Shown: in pieces, positions 38,710-51,216 of the stretch
Position numbering within the stretch: the stretch's first letter is position 1
Layout: the number at the start of each line of letters is the position of its first letter
NCBI GenBank assembly: GCA_047495785.1
Contig: JBLDXI010000042.1
Coordinates: forward strand, 2,480,001 to 2,544,000
Direction of reading: 5' to 3'
Source: Lepidodermella squamata
Taxonomy: Eukaryota > Animalia > Gastrotricha
DNA: 64,000 bases
The notes under the pieces: model-generated
Database searches by the model: none
Told to the model about the DNA's origin: nothing
Seen by the model: the letters and a program-made list of their open reading frames with translations, nothing else
Program-made: the position numbers and the translations under genes

Positions 38710-39648
38710 TTATCCGACGTGACATTCTCTGAAGCAAGCAAAGCACATAGGCGGTTCGCCTTCGCAATCACCACAGAATCGTACAGTCGATACCGGCTTT
38801 TTCTTTGCACTGTCAGAGAAGCAATTCTTCAGCCAACACACCTTACAGAGATGTCGAATGCCTTTCCTTTGACACAAGCGATGACCGGGTGAGACAATCG
38901 ACCTTATTGCGTCAGCCACCGATATCGAAACGCCACGAGACTTTAAACCGACCAATTCACGGTTATTATTGTAGGACTTCGATGCCAAGAGGCGCAAAAC
39001 GAAGTGATCCTTCCTGATCAGCATGAATACATGTAATTCGAGAAGAAGTTGGAGAATTTTCGTAACTCACGTTTCTACTTCAGAAGTCTTGTGCTTGGGG
39101 AAGCAGTAATGGCAAATGAAAGGCTTAGAAAAGCAGCTGCTGCAGTAAAAGACTGATAGTTTTGTTTTCCACCCTGTTCGTCTTTCAATCGAACAATTTC
39201 GACATCTCGTTTGCACACTTTTTCTATCGCTTATTTCACGCCTGAGCATAACATGGACGTCACTCTGAAACAGAAGATGACGTCTGGTGCCCGAAACTGT
39301 TATTATTACACCGTTAAGGTGCAGTTTTCCAAAACATTGGCGGCACATCGCCGGACTGCCAGGGCAATTGGAGCAGTATCTGATAGTTGACGTGTAACGC
39401 GGGGGTGATAATTTTTTACAAGGCAGACATGCCTTCCGATCGCGTAGTCCAGTTTCTTTTGACCACGAATCGAAGGACAATAGTTGGTGAGGCTGGTCAG
39501 GCAAACTAGAAACGCTATGAACTGAGAGATCGAGAGATTCAGCAACGCTAGCATCGAAACTATCTTTCTTCACGAAAATTGCTTGCGTTACTCGCTTACT
39601 AGACAAATCCACCAAGTCACCTTCGTTGCCCGTTTCCATCAAATCCAT
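38710..39648 (-). CDS. Array gene G2: LVDLS/SLDLS motifs + 3 CRDs; 2 exons
   Basis: Paralog of G1/G4; SEVET|KDHFVLRLLAS join. Confidence 0.78.
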
Positions 39649-40001
39649 ATTTTTTCAATTCTCTTCTAATTAACGAATCCTAGGCCAAATTTGGTCAAAA
39701 TTGTTCCAAGCCTGCTCAACAAAATTCGTCTCATTCTTTTGCGTTCTTTTTAGCAAACAATAAATAACGTCGTGAAAATTGGGCTCCATGGGGCTCACTG
39801 ACAACAGTCTCCAGCCCAGTTGCGTAACCGATGGCTGATACATCATTTTCAAAATGTTCAAATTTTAACGATTTGTGATATACTAGCCTAAAATCAAAAA
39901 GAAAGTTTCACAATGAAATACAGAATTCAGAAAGGCCAAAACAATTATTTTGAAAGATAAGAAAATTTGGAAAAATAAACTGCTGTAAGGTCACCTAAAT
40001 A

Positions 40002-40075
40002 CAACGTGTCCCAGAATTTGCGCAACTATTTGTTAATTTTGCAACTTTTTGTATAAAATTCAAGAAATTTTATGA
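40002..40075. mobile_element. Truncated copy of the MITE family at 57474-57762, inserted at a TA inside the start of a 40962-type hairpin element
   Basis: TA|CAACGTGTCCCAGAATTT..gcaacttttt.gta..aaattcaa matches the 57474 left end; preceded by gtaaggtcacctaaa. Confidence 0.55.
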
Positions 40076-40184
40076 AATTGAACCTACCGAGAGAATACTA
40101 AGGGAATACTCTATGGCTAGCCATGGAGAAATAAAATTTCCCCCCGATCTGGAACCCCGAGTGAGTTTGGCGCAGCCAAACGAA

Positions 40185-40806
40185 TCGAGGGGTTCCAGAA
40201 GCAAGCGGGGCACATGGGCGGTTCACCTTCGCAGTCACCACAGAATCGTAGTCTCGCTCGGCTTTTTCTTTGCACTGACAGTGAGGCATATCTTCAGCCA
40301 ACACACCTTACAGGAACGCGGCTTGCCTTTCCTTCGACGCAACCGATGACCAGGAGAGACGACCGACCTTGTTATGTCAGCCACAAATATCGAAATGCCA
40401 CGAGACCTCAAATAGGCCAATTCATGCCTACTTTTCACAGGATTCGACGCCAACAGACGCATAACAGATCGATTCTTCCTGTAATGTAGAAAGAAACATT
40501 GCGATATAAGGTATGAAAACGCGCGTAACCCACGTTTCCACCTCAGACACCCTATGCTTGGGGAAGCAGTATTGGCAAATGTAAGGTTTAGAAAAGCAAC
40601 TGTTGCAGTAGAAGTCTGCCCTTTTCACCGTCCCACTCGGCCGTTTTCATCGAACAACTACGACACTTCGATTTCATGTAGTTACCGTTGCTTGTTTCAT
40701 GCCTCAGCATAACATGAACATCACTCTGGAACAGAACATGACGTCTGGAACCCGAAGCTGTTATTACAGCGTTAAGGTGCAGTTTTCCAAAACAAGCCCG
40801 GCACAA
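40185..40806 (-). pseudogene. G-type CRD pseudogene, 5'-truncated and frameshifted
   Basis: G-type homology is split over three frames (ORFs 40588-40806, 40428-40628, 40235-40462). Confidence 0.75.
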
Positions 40807-40961
40807 TAAGCTCCTGCCCAGTTTCCAAAAAGTATATTCAAATTTTAACGATTTGTCATATATAATAACCTAAAATCGAAAAGAAAGTTTCACAATGAAA
40901 AACATAATTCAGAACGGCCAAAACAACGATTGCGAAAGATATGAAAATTTGGAAAAATATA

Positions 40962-41055
40962 GAGTAAGGTTACTTAAATATGCGTAAAAAGTGACGACAT
41001 TTTTCAAACACCTGCAAAGTCAGCAATTTTTATGCATATTTAGGTAGCCTTACCC
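40962..41055. mobile_element. 94-bp hairpin MITE with TA target duplication
   Basis: ~35-bp inverted arms (GaGTAAGGtTACtTAAATATGCgTAAAAA); the paralogous spacer at ~33265 shows the empty site ggaaaataTAttcga. Confidence 0.8.
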
Positions 41056-41132
41056 TATTCGACAAATTATGTGATTTTCAGAGGCCAATTATTTTTATGT
41101 CTTTCTGATTCGAATCGATCAGAGCTCCTAAT

Positions 41133-42049
41133 TTATCCGACGTGACATTCTCTGAAGCAGGGAGGACACATAGATGGCTCGCCTTCGCAATCACCACAGA
41201 CTTGCACAGTCAAGGTTGGCTTTTTCTTTGCACTGCCAGTAAAGTAACTCTTCAGCCAACAGACCTTACACGGACGTGACTGGCCTTTGCTTCGACGCAA
41301 GCGATGACCGGGAGATACTACCGAGGTTATAACGTCAGCCATCGATATCGAGATGCCAAGAGAGCTCAAATAGGCCAATTCACGGCCATTCGACATGGTA
41401 GACTTCGACGCCAATATACGCCTGATGTATTGATCCTTCCTAAAAAAGCATATATTTAGATTAGATAATGTTAAACCACTCGCGAAACTCACGTTTCCAC
41501 TTCAGAATTATTGTGCTTGGGGAAGCAGTATTGGCAAATAAAAGGCTTAGAAAAGCAGCTATTGCAGTGAAAAGCTGATAGCTTCACGGTCCGTCCCGGC
41601 CGATTTTCCATCGAACAATTTCTACAGTATTTACCGTCGCTTTTTTCATGCCTTATCATAACATGAACATCACTCTGGAACAGAAGATGACGTCTCTGAG
41701 GGGAAGCTGCTATTATCATACCGTTAGGGTGCAGTTTTCCAAAACATTGACGGCACATCGCCGGACTTCCAGGGCAATTAGCACAGTATCTGATAGTTGA
41801 TCGGTAATGTGAGGGTGATGAATTTTTACAAGGCAAACATTGCTTCCGATTGCGTTGTCCAGTTTGTTTTGACCACGAATCGAAGGACAGTAGGTGGTGA
41901 GGCTGATCAGGCGAACCAGAAACGCTATGAACTGAAAGATCGAGAGATTCAGCAACGCTAACATCGATACTTTCTTCCTTCACAAAAATTTCGGGTTTTA
42001 CACGAATGGTTAAATCCAATAAGTCTCCTTCGTAGCCCGTTTCCATCAT
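41133..42049 (-). CDS. Array gene G4: LLDLT/SLDLS motifs + 3 CRDs; 2 exons
   Basis: Paralog of G1/G2; SEVET|KDQYIRRILAS join. Confidence 0.78.
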
Positions 42050-42319
42050 ATGAAAATGAGGTTTAAAATCTAAGTTGAACATGAAATTTTTCAATCATCT
42101 TCTAGTTAACGAATCTTATAGGTGAAATTGTTCCAGACTTAACTTAATTCGCCTCTTTCTTTTGCTTTCTTTCCAGCAAAAAATACCGTGGAGGAAACAT
42201 TTAGAAATCGCTGACCATGGATCAGGTATCAGGTATGCAAAAAAGTTGACCCATTCTTCGAAGACTGCCATTTGAAAGCAGAAGCTCGGACCAATCTTTC
42301 GCATTTCGAACGGTACCTA

Positions 42320-42812
42320 CATTGAAAGTTGTTTAAACCGGACCGGTCTAAACCGGACATTCTCTAAACCGGACGATTTCGGGTGGCTCGATCCGAAAGT
42401 GTGGACTTTACATTATAATTTTATTGTCTAAACCGGACTCTCTAAACCGGACTGGTGTATAAACCGGACGGATTTGGGGCTCGAAGTCCGGTTTATGCAA
42501 TAAAAAGTCAAATTTTCTATATAATTTTGAAGGAAGTGCCAGCCCCTGCCTGACAAGAGTAGCCTCAAAATTTCGAAAAAAATTTAACTTCCAAAATATT
42601 GCGAATATAGCTGAATATGTTGATTATTTATATTAAAATTGTCGATTCCGTATTCAAAAACTATTACTTAGCTTGTAAAACTTGAAAATTCCATGAATTT
42701 CACGTGGTATTTCCTATACCGGACTAAGTCCGGTTTAAAATAATTCGGACTTTCTCTAAACCGGACGATTTTGCCTGGCACGACCTTAGTCCGGTTTAGA
42801 CAACTTTCACTG
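42320..42812. mobile_element. Tc1/pogo (Tigger-like) MITE, 493 bp, with about 11 TAAACCGGAC motifs
   Basis: TA|CAtTGAAAGTTGTtTAAACCGGAC ... GTCCGGTTTAGACAACTTTCACTG|TA. Confidence 0.88.
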
Positions 42813-43110
42813 TATATATCTATTAGGGTTCATCAGGAAAATTTAATATCTTCGAAGCCGTTCAAAGCTCGTAATTACCTCTTGTGAAATAAGACCATGC
42901 TAGAGTATCTTCAATAAAGTATTCAAATTAAGAAAAAACATGCATAAAGGAAACTACGAATTACCCGCGACTTCAGCCTCCAAATTTTTCCAGATTTTTC
43001 GTTCTAAAAACTGGGATGGAAATCAGAAACCAAGTTTTTCATTATGAATTACAAGAAATTATAGTCAAGAATCATAGAATTTCCACCATTGTCAAAAGGA
43101 AATAGTTGTA

Positions 43111-44282
43111 CTACAATTCTTTAGAGCGATGGTCATCGAAACAGATCCTGCATATGAACGGTTTGTCCGGGCATGTATCGCAAAAATAGTAAGACCGGTT
43201 TGTCATTCGACGCGCGACTTTCGGCTCAAATCCTTGCGCCTCAAATTTTTTCACACAGTCAACGCATTTATAGGTTCTCGAGCTTTTCTTCCCAGGCACG
43301 GCAGGAGTCTTCTTCAAGATGTGACCCGACTGCCACGTGAAACGCTTCCCACTGACAAGCGGCTCGATTTTACCGTCTTCATGTGTGCTAATGAAACATT
43401 GCTGACACATCGGCGGTTGACCTTCGCAGTCAGCGCAGTAATACAGCGTATTGTGTTTAGTGTCAGATTCATCGCCCATCATGGAACGCATCTTTAGCTC
43501 ACAAACTCTACATTTGCGAGGCTTCTTTCCCGGTCGAATGCGGAGATTGTGCCTGCCTTTCACAAGAAACAGCTGGCTGAATGAAGCCACTGGGTTCGGA
43601 GCATCTTCCAGTTTACTGGCATCATTATTCAGTGAGCTCAAGTGAGCAACTTTTAAGGGAGACAATTTCCCAGCCAAAAGCGATCGAATGTTGTCATCTG
43701 AACTGAAAAATAAGTAGCTTGTTATCAATAGAAATTATTTTTTTATTCAAATTACACTTCAACTGCTGAAGCTTCGTGACTGGGAAAGCAATAGTGGCAA
43801 ATGAAAGGCTTTGAAAAGCAACTGTTGCAGAAATACGCTGTGCTCTTGACCTTCCAATTCTCATCTCCCCTCGTCGGGCAATATCGGCACGGTTTGAAAA
43901 TTCGATTACCATTCTCATCAAGTTTCTCAATCATTTCATGGGTTTCAGACTTGAAACATTGTTTAAGAGAGAATCTACTTCTGATTAATCCGTTTGGGTG
44001 GCTCTGTTTGAAGCAGTCTATGCATAACCAAGGCTTCCCAGGACAGTCGGAACAGAGCATGACAGTTTTTCGGGACGTGAGTGATTCACTGCCAGGGCAT
44101 AAAGAGCTACCACATCTTTGTGATTTGTGTACCTGAAAGCCTATCCTTTTCCCGGACATTCCGTCACCTGCAACGAGCCAATGACGGCTGCCGGTCGAAA
44201 ACGAAGCAGATGACAAATTTGATGGCTGAGGATTCACAGAGAGAGCCTCCATTTTCGGCTTTTTCTTTCTCAAATTATACAT
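43111..44282 (-). CDS. Array gene H1: basic NLS-like start + 4 CRDs; 2 exons
   Basis: MYNLRKKKPK; CSDCPGKPWLCIDCF, CNSCFSKPFICHYCF, CADCEGQPPMCQQCF, CDTCPDKPFICRICF. Confidence 0.8.
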
Positions 44283-44350
44283 ATTTTAGCAAAAAATTAA
44301 TCTAAAGAAATTGATAAAAATTTGCAAAACATTAATTATATTATTCTTAT

Positions 44351-45524
44351 TTATTTATTTACTGGCTTTTTATTGTGATCATCGAAACATTTACGGCAAA
44401 TGTACGGCTTTTCAGGGCATGTATCGCAGAAGTAACTCGAAGAATTGCACATCCTCCTCGCAACGTTTTCGGCTATACCTTGAGACATCCATTTCGGGAC
44501 ACAGTCGACACATTTGAAAGTTTTTGATGTCCCTTGGGGACGGTTTAGCTTCAGAACGTGGCCCGACTCCCAGCTAAATCGCCGCCCACCTTCAACGGGT
44601 TCTATCGTACCGCCCTCGTGAGATTTTACGAAACAGCTGGAACAGATAGATGGCTTACCATCGCAATCCGAGCAATAATAGATAGTAATGGGTACATAGG
44701 ACTTCAATTTTCCTTCGCCAATCAGCTTTATTCTACAAGCCCTACATTGCCGATACTGCTTATTAGGTCGGACTAGGAGGCGATGGCTCTCTCGAATTAC
44801 AGTCAATCCATCTGGTTTTGATACAGCAGCGGCAATTTTTGACGGAACCAGAATTTCATCCGTCAATAGGGATCGATAATAAACTTCGGACCTGAAATAA
44901 AATATTTAAGAAAATTGAAAATTGGAAAATCACCCTATATTACGTTTCAACATCGCTTGTCTTGTGAGCAGGAAAGCAGTGACGGCAAATATAGGGCTTC
45001 GAGAAACAGGAGCTGCAGTAGTACGAACTTCTCTTTACCACCCAGTTTTCATCCTTCTTAGAACCACAATCGCGGCAATCCTTGAAAATCAACTCTCCGC
45101 CATCATCAAATTCTTCGAGCATTACATGATTAAGTGAGTCAAACACCACGTGCCGGGGCCGCGGGGGTTCGATAACCCCGTCCGGGTGATATTTCTTGAA
45201 GCAGTTCTCGCAAAACCAAGGCTTCGCTGGGCAATCGCGGCAAAACGTGCAAGTTAGGCCAGACTTACCCCGTAGGCACTTCGAACTCGCGCATTTTTGC
45301 AGGAGACGCGTACCCTTTTTATCTGATCTATCGGTAGCAGCCAGACGGTGAGGCCCAGGAGAAGGGTTTGCCGTTTCCGATGATTCCACTTCAGATTTCA
45401 GAGGCAAAAGGGTTGAGTTTTCATCTATGGTAGAAGAACTGTTAACGTTTCCAACTCTTCCACTTCGCGACAAGTCCAATGGCTGAATGTCAGTCGAATC
45501 ACCGGGTAAATTATTATTTTTCAT
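44351..45524 (-). CDS. Array gene H2: PLDLS motif + 4 CRDs; 2 exons
   Basis: QPLDLSR; same four-CRD order and intron position as H1 and the F-type genes. Confidence 0.8.
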
Positions 45525-45762
45525 TCTAATTCATCAGTTTTTCTACAGCTACTTAAAAATGCCGGGCAATGATTAAATTAAATAAATAAGTCAAATCAAT
45601 TTTCTGGAACGAGTTGCTGGAAATAAACAAATAAGCTCGCGTTCAATTCCAAGTACAGTATCATTACAATTTAAAAAATTCTAAAAATAGAAAGAAAATT
45701 CCTCCTTAAATATTCTTAGAAAAATCGAGAATCAAATCAGCGGATTGTAGTCAAATTAAATA

Positions 45763-48700
45763 TTAAAAATTGGCATAAGCAGTCAGACAGAACAAAAAGA
45801 CCAGTTTAAGTTCGCAGGCTGCCGTCGGTATTGACCCTGAAGTCTCCATCTTACGAATTTTCAACAACTCCTGGTCTTCGCTATCTTCATAGTTGAACTT
45901 CTTCCAATCCCATTGTTGAGTAGTCGGAAACAATTGCATCGCGAAAGCATAGTCATCGAATTTGATCTCTTCACTTGAATTTCGCTCCGTTATCGAAATT
46001 ACGAAAGAATTCAAATCTTGCGGATAAACGGCGACAGAAACATGCAGGTCGTTGGAGGCTTTCAAAGGAAATTCACTGTCATACAAAACCACGCCACTCT
46101 CATCGCGATAAACAATCACTCGCGGGCTGCAGACTGTTTTATCGTCGTAGCAAGTGAAGACAAAATGATCGCCCAAATCAACAGTTACAAGTTGAGTTCG
46201 AGCTTGACCAGCTTCGTAAACCATGTCCCCGTTAAATTTAGACTGATAAGCTCGAACAATCGTCGGAATCATGAATGTTTCACCCTTTGTCGTGAAACTG
46301 CACGCCGGCGGGCCCTGAACTTTGATCAAATTAAACTGAACCGGCTTGTTATTCGCATCGGTTATAGCGAAGACGCCCCAAGACCCGGCTACTAAAGGCC
46401 GAGATTTAACCGCGAGCTTCGAGCCTGATAACACCGCTTGAACCTCGCCGTCATTCGGCTGGAGAGATTTACCAACCGACGAGTGGAGATACTGCCAATT
46501 TGCAGCGTTTGTGACGTAAATCGGCAAAATAAAATTGGTCGAGCCACTTGCAAGATGATGAATCTGAAGATAGACCTCGTCGAAACTCTCGTAATTTGCC
46601 CAACTTTTTAGAATCAATCGTTTTTTGAAATAGTAACCATACGTATCCTCTCGACATGACTTATCGAAATCGCCAGTAAGTTCATCCTGGGAACAAGAGC
46701 AGCCGCCTTGGTAAATTAAACACTTTGAGAGACCGAAATTGAAGAAAAATCCAGAACATTTCGACTCGAGTTTATCGCATTCTTCCTGGCAGTCCTTGGG
46801 AATTTTTGCCGTGGTTATTTCGACGGCGTTATCTTGACATTTCGTGCAGTCCTGGGCGAATTTGTCGTAATTTTCAGACTCGGCATAGGACGTGTAGTAG
46901 CAAACTGGTACGTCGCAAAAATCAGGAATAATCCGCCTCGAATCCGCCTGCACATAACACCACGGGGCGTTGTAGCCCGGGCCAGGTAAAATTCGGCAAT
47001 AATTAGCCACGGCATCTGCGGGCAAAGTCTGATTCAGTAAATTCAAAGCAACTCGCCAGTCCAAACACTTCAATTTCCGACAAGCAGACCGACTTTTCAC
47101 ACCCTCATACTTCACATCCGTTGCTTTGAACAAATGGCAATCAAAAAGGGACCTGCCGATGGTTGGATGGAAGGTTGGTAAAATCAACAGCTCGACAACT
47201 AATTCGATTTTCTGCTGTCGTTTGAAGTCAGGATCGCCGATGGTGAAAGTGAATTTGTGAAGTCCAGCGTATTTTCTGCGGATAATTTCCACCGACCAGC
47301 CGGGAAGTGGCCGCGAGTCAGGGATTCGAAGATCAGCTCGAAACCTGTCGTTATTATTGTCGAATTTGAAAACGAATGGGGAATCTTGCCGATCAGTTTC
47401 ATAAATTAGCGGAAGGCATAGCGCCCCGTTTGGCGACTGGCAGAACCCAGTTTTGCGAGAAAAAGGCTGAACGAGAGATAGCTGGACGGAAAATATCATA
47501 GTGGTACCGGGTTCGAACCGGAAAATAACCCGACGGTTTGTAGTAAATGGCTGCCCAATTTGCCGCATAGTGCCGTTTTCTGCATCTCGGTTAGGCCAGG
47601 CTTGAATCAAAGTTCGGCAAACTGCATAGGTAGGCTTGCTATCGAAAACGGGGAACAGTTCCAACTTCGGATCGTAGGTAACAGTTGCGAACAAATCGAC
47701 CGAATTCGGGATCGGCTTTGGGACCAACAGCATGTAGATTGAAAATTCGCCGACTTGTTCACCTCCAAAACCGATTTTATATCGAGCTTGAATAGTATTT
47801 TCGTCCAATACCTTGAACTCCTGTGGATTTTCCGTATCTCTCCGACCTTGGTGATGAAAAATGGGAACGATAGTTAACCCGGCGATGTTAACACCCGTGC
47901 AAATGAAATCAAGAACTAGGACGGACGGGTTATTTGGCGGGCTTATCAATTTGACCCCTAAAGAGCCGAGAGTCGAGCGGAGGAGTGTTTCGTTCAACAT
48001 AACTCGGCAAGAAATTTCGGGGGTTACGGAGATTTTATGGTACTCGAACCTTTCATTGGCTTGACAACGGTAGAGGCCAGTGTCCTTAGGATCAGCTGAT
48101 CTGTTCGAGCCGCCGAGTTTCAGCTCGAATCCTAACCTCATAACCGAGTTTGGACCTTGAAATTCATCGTCAATGTTGAGAAAACGTTGCCAAATTGGGT
48201 CGAATTTACGCCAAAGTTTGTCCAATTTCAAATAATGTCTCGCACCCTCAAGCAACTGGCAAGGAATTACGATATCTTTCGCATTTTCCATGTAATTGTG
48301 ATATTCGTAATTCACCCAATCAACATTATCATTTGGCGAATAGGGTCCAGGATTTTCGAGTTTTTGATAGTAATGAACAACAGACGAATAACTTCCGCAT
48401 TTAAACTGAGACGGGTCGTTGCAAACACACCGTGTAATGAAGCAATTGCCATGTTCGCCTTGGCCGATTTCGTCGAACATGAATGATTTGCAATCATCCC
48501 TAAGATTGAGACAGCGCTGAGCGCAACTCCCCAGAGTCATGCCACCATAAATCTTGTGACCATCACTGTACATGCTGGACTGTTTTACTGGTTGAATATC
48601 CAAACCGGGATCGTGATGCCAAAAGACGTTAGAGCAATCGCATCTGCCGAAACGATGCGAGAAATAGTGTCTCAAAAATTTGTCGCCGGCTGAAAAAAAT

Positions 48701-51147
48701 GCAGTGAAAATTTCAATTCGAAATGAAAATTTGGGAGAAAACTAACATCCGCAAAACTCGGGAGCGCAATACATCAACTCGTCGATTGAATCTTCTGTGG
48801 TAATGCAAAATGGCACACGCCCGTCAGAAGGGTTTCGGCAATAGTTAGCAACGGCATCGCGATTCCATTTTTCAGGAATATTCTGACGCCTAGATAATAC
48901 AATTCTTCAATTATTGAAAAATTAAGCGGCGGAGATTTTACCAAGATTGCGGCCATTTGTTCCAATCCGGTAAAGAATTCCAAAATCGGCAGGGCTCTCC
49001 ACAAATCGTTCGGTTCATTGAACCGGCATACTCCAAGCCTTCGGGTGTTCGTCTGCAATCCTTCTCAAAAACTAAAAAAAGTCGGTAAAATCAGCAGGAA
49101 AATAATCGATAAACTGAACAAACTGCTTTCTTTGGCCTTCGAAAGTTTGACCGAAACTTGAGGAGAGTTAAAAGCTTGCAATTCACTTCCACTCTGGTCA
49201 GAGAACCAAACCGAGAAGCTTCCAGTAAGACCATCCCAGAGTGATTCATCCATTTCATAAGCGGATTGAAACATCCGAGGATTGCCGAAGTATTGAAGAG
49301 AAATATTAACGTAACCTTCGTCCACAACACTCGACTCAATTTCAATCATTTTAAACGGCATTTGATCAAATTGTGAATTCCGCTCGCCCTCAACTGATCG
49401 ATTTTTGTAAGTCCATTTTGCAAAAGATTGACTTTTTTCGATAGTATCTTGGCCAAATCGTAAATCAATTCCAAAGGTGCAGTCGGTTTCATTCCGACAA
49501 CTTTCGATTTCTTTGACAAAACAGCGATATACAACGTTGAGAGGCTGAAATTCTGGTACGGTGAATTGGACAACTTTCATTCCGAAATTCGTAACATTTT
49601 CAGCGACGACAGAACAGAATTTTTCCATCTGCTGCTGCAACTCGCTAAAAAACTGACACTTGTCACGTGATTTGCCAAAAAAGTAGGTCGGGAAATTTCC
49701 TTCGAAAAACGGAACGGAACTGCTGAGAGTCGTCAAGTAGTTTTCGAACGAATATAACACAGCTATTGTGTAGCGAACTCCTTGCGTCACATTCGCCAAT
49801 TTGTACCGAAATTCAATAGCGCTGAGATCGAAACTGTACTCGGCAGCTGTTCGGGTTGCCACGATAGGCGAAGGCTGGTACATCAAAACGTCTTCATCAG
49901 CGAAAACGATGAACTCTGGGTTGCAAATCAGCCATTTTGCGGTGGATAAGATTTTGCAAGCATGAAAACTTCGCTGGTAGCGCAATTTTATGCTTATTTC
50001 AACTAAGGAATTCGGCAAAATTTGCTCAAGACAAGACTCATCGCCAAAAATTACTGAAACTCCAAAGGTTGACCAGCTTCTACCGTGATCGATATAATGA
50101 ATTGATTCATTAACTTTGGCCGAGAACTCGAGCAAAGGTGTTTCAAGATGGGAAATTATGTGATATTCGATTCCAGCAGGAACAGAATTTCGAGAATAGT
50201 TCAGTCGATAAATGCCCTCGTGTTGATTCATTCCGTCAGAAAAATTCAAGTAAGCCCGGCCTTTAATCAAACCATGCCTCGTGAAATGAGCGAAAGCAGC
50301 GGCTGGAGGTGAAGTGACTTCCTGGTTGATGATATCACGTTGGAACATGTATTCCTCATCAATCAGTTTGCTCCAATTAGTTTCGATCCAATCTTTAGGC
50401 GCAGAAATGAACAGGCTTGAAAGCGAATAATTTGACCACCTCTTATCGACAAAAGTTTCATCAACAATCGGGATGTTGAAATGTGGAACCAGATCTGAAT
50501 CAAATAACATTGATCAGCTGACATAAATCAACGAAAAAAATATTACCTTCCATGAAAGCTAGTCCACGAAGCACGTACCAGATGCGAATACTCCCGAGAA
50601 TAGTATTGTTCAATTCCGAAAATTCCTGGCTTCTGTACAGAAGAGAAACCTGGTACTCCCCATTAGGATTTTCGCGTAATGCAGTCAACCGGTTGAAATT
50701 GTACTTGGTCAAATGAAAGGAGATCGAAAATTTTGAAATTTCGGAATCATGGGAAACCGCAATGCTGCGGCTCTCTCCGAGTCCAAGGTTGTCGACAGTA
50801 ATATCCTTCAGCAGACCGTTACTTTCAGAAAATCCAGACGCTTCAAATTCAATGAAATTATTCCGAGAAATAATGAAGATCGGCTCGCAATAGATCCGTT
50901 CGCCATCCTCGCACAACTTATGGGGAAGCTTTTCAAGGGAAAATCTAATGATCAGTTTCACATCTTCCCGCTGCGGCCAAGCCGAAAAAAGGACCTGAAC
51001 CGACGGACTCGGATAATCGGTGATTTTGTAACCAGATACAAGTACTCGAAATTCAATATTCGAGATCAGGTCATTTTTCTTCTCAGAACTGACTACGAAT
51101 TGTGAGATTAGAAGCGAAATCAGGACGGTAGTAAGTAACCATCTCAT
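45763..51147 (-). CDS. Large secreted/GPI-type kringle-PAN(apple)-Ig-like mosaic protein, 1723 aa; exons 51147-50547, 50494-49124, 49071-48942, 48889-48747, 48689-45763
   Basis: Four 52-57 nt GT-AG introns give a 5172-nt open frame; signal peptide MRWLLTTVLISLLISQFVVS; kringles DCRRTPEGLEYAG..NYCRNPSDGRVPFC and DCHLF..YEG..NYCRILPG..APWCY; PAN-like CAQRC..CKSFMF..C and CQEEC..CSGFFF..C; Ig-like DTGLYRC; hydrophobic C-terminus. Confidence 0.75.
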
Positions 51148-51216
51148 CTTCTAAAATGCCTAAAAGTAAAAGAAATTTATTTTCAAAATTGAAAAAATGA
51201 TCGTAGAAAAGTAAAA

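Noticed and set aside
42320-42812. CRISPR-like repeat array
   Set aside because: 10-bp motifs in both orientations with irregular spacing inside a TIR element, in eukaryotic DNA with no cas genes.
49065-49123. GPI-like hydrophobic tail at the end of ORF 49065-50510
   Set aside because: It is better explained as a 52-nt pyrimidine-rich intron that joins in frame to a kringle exon.
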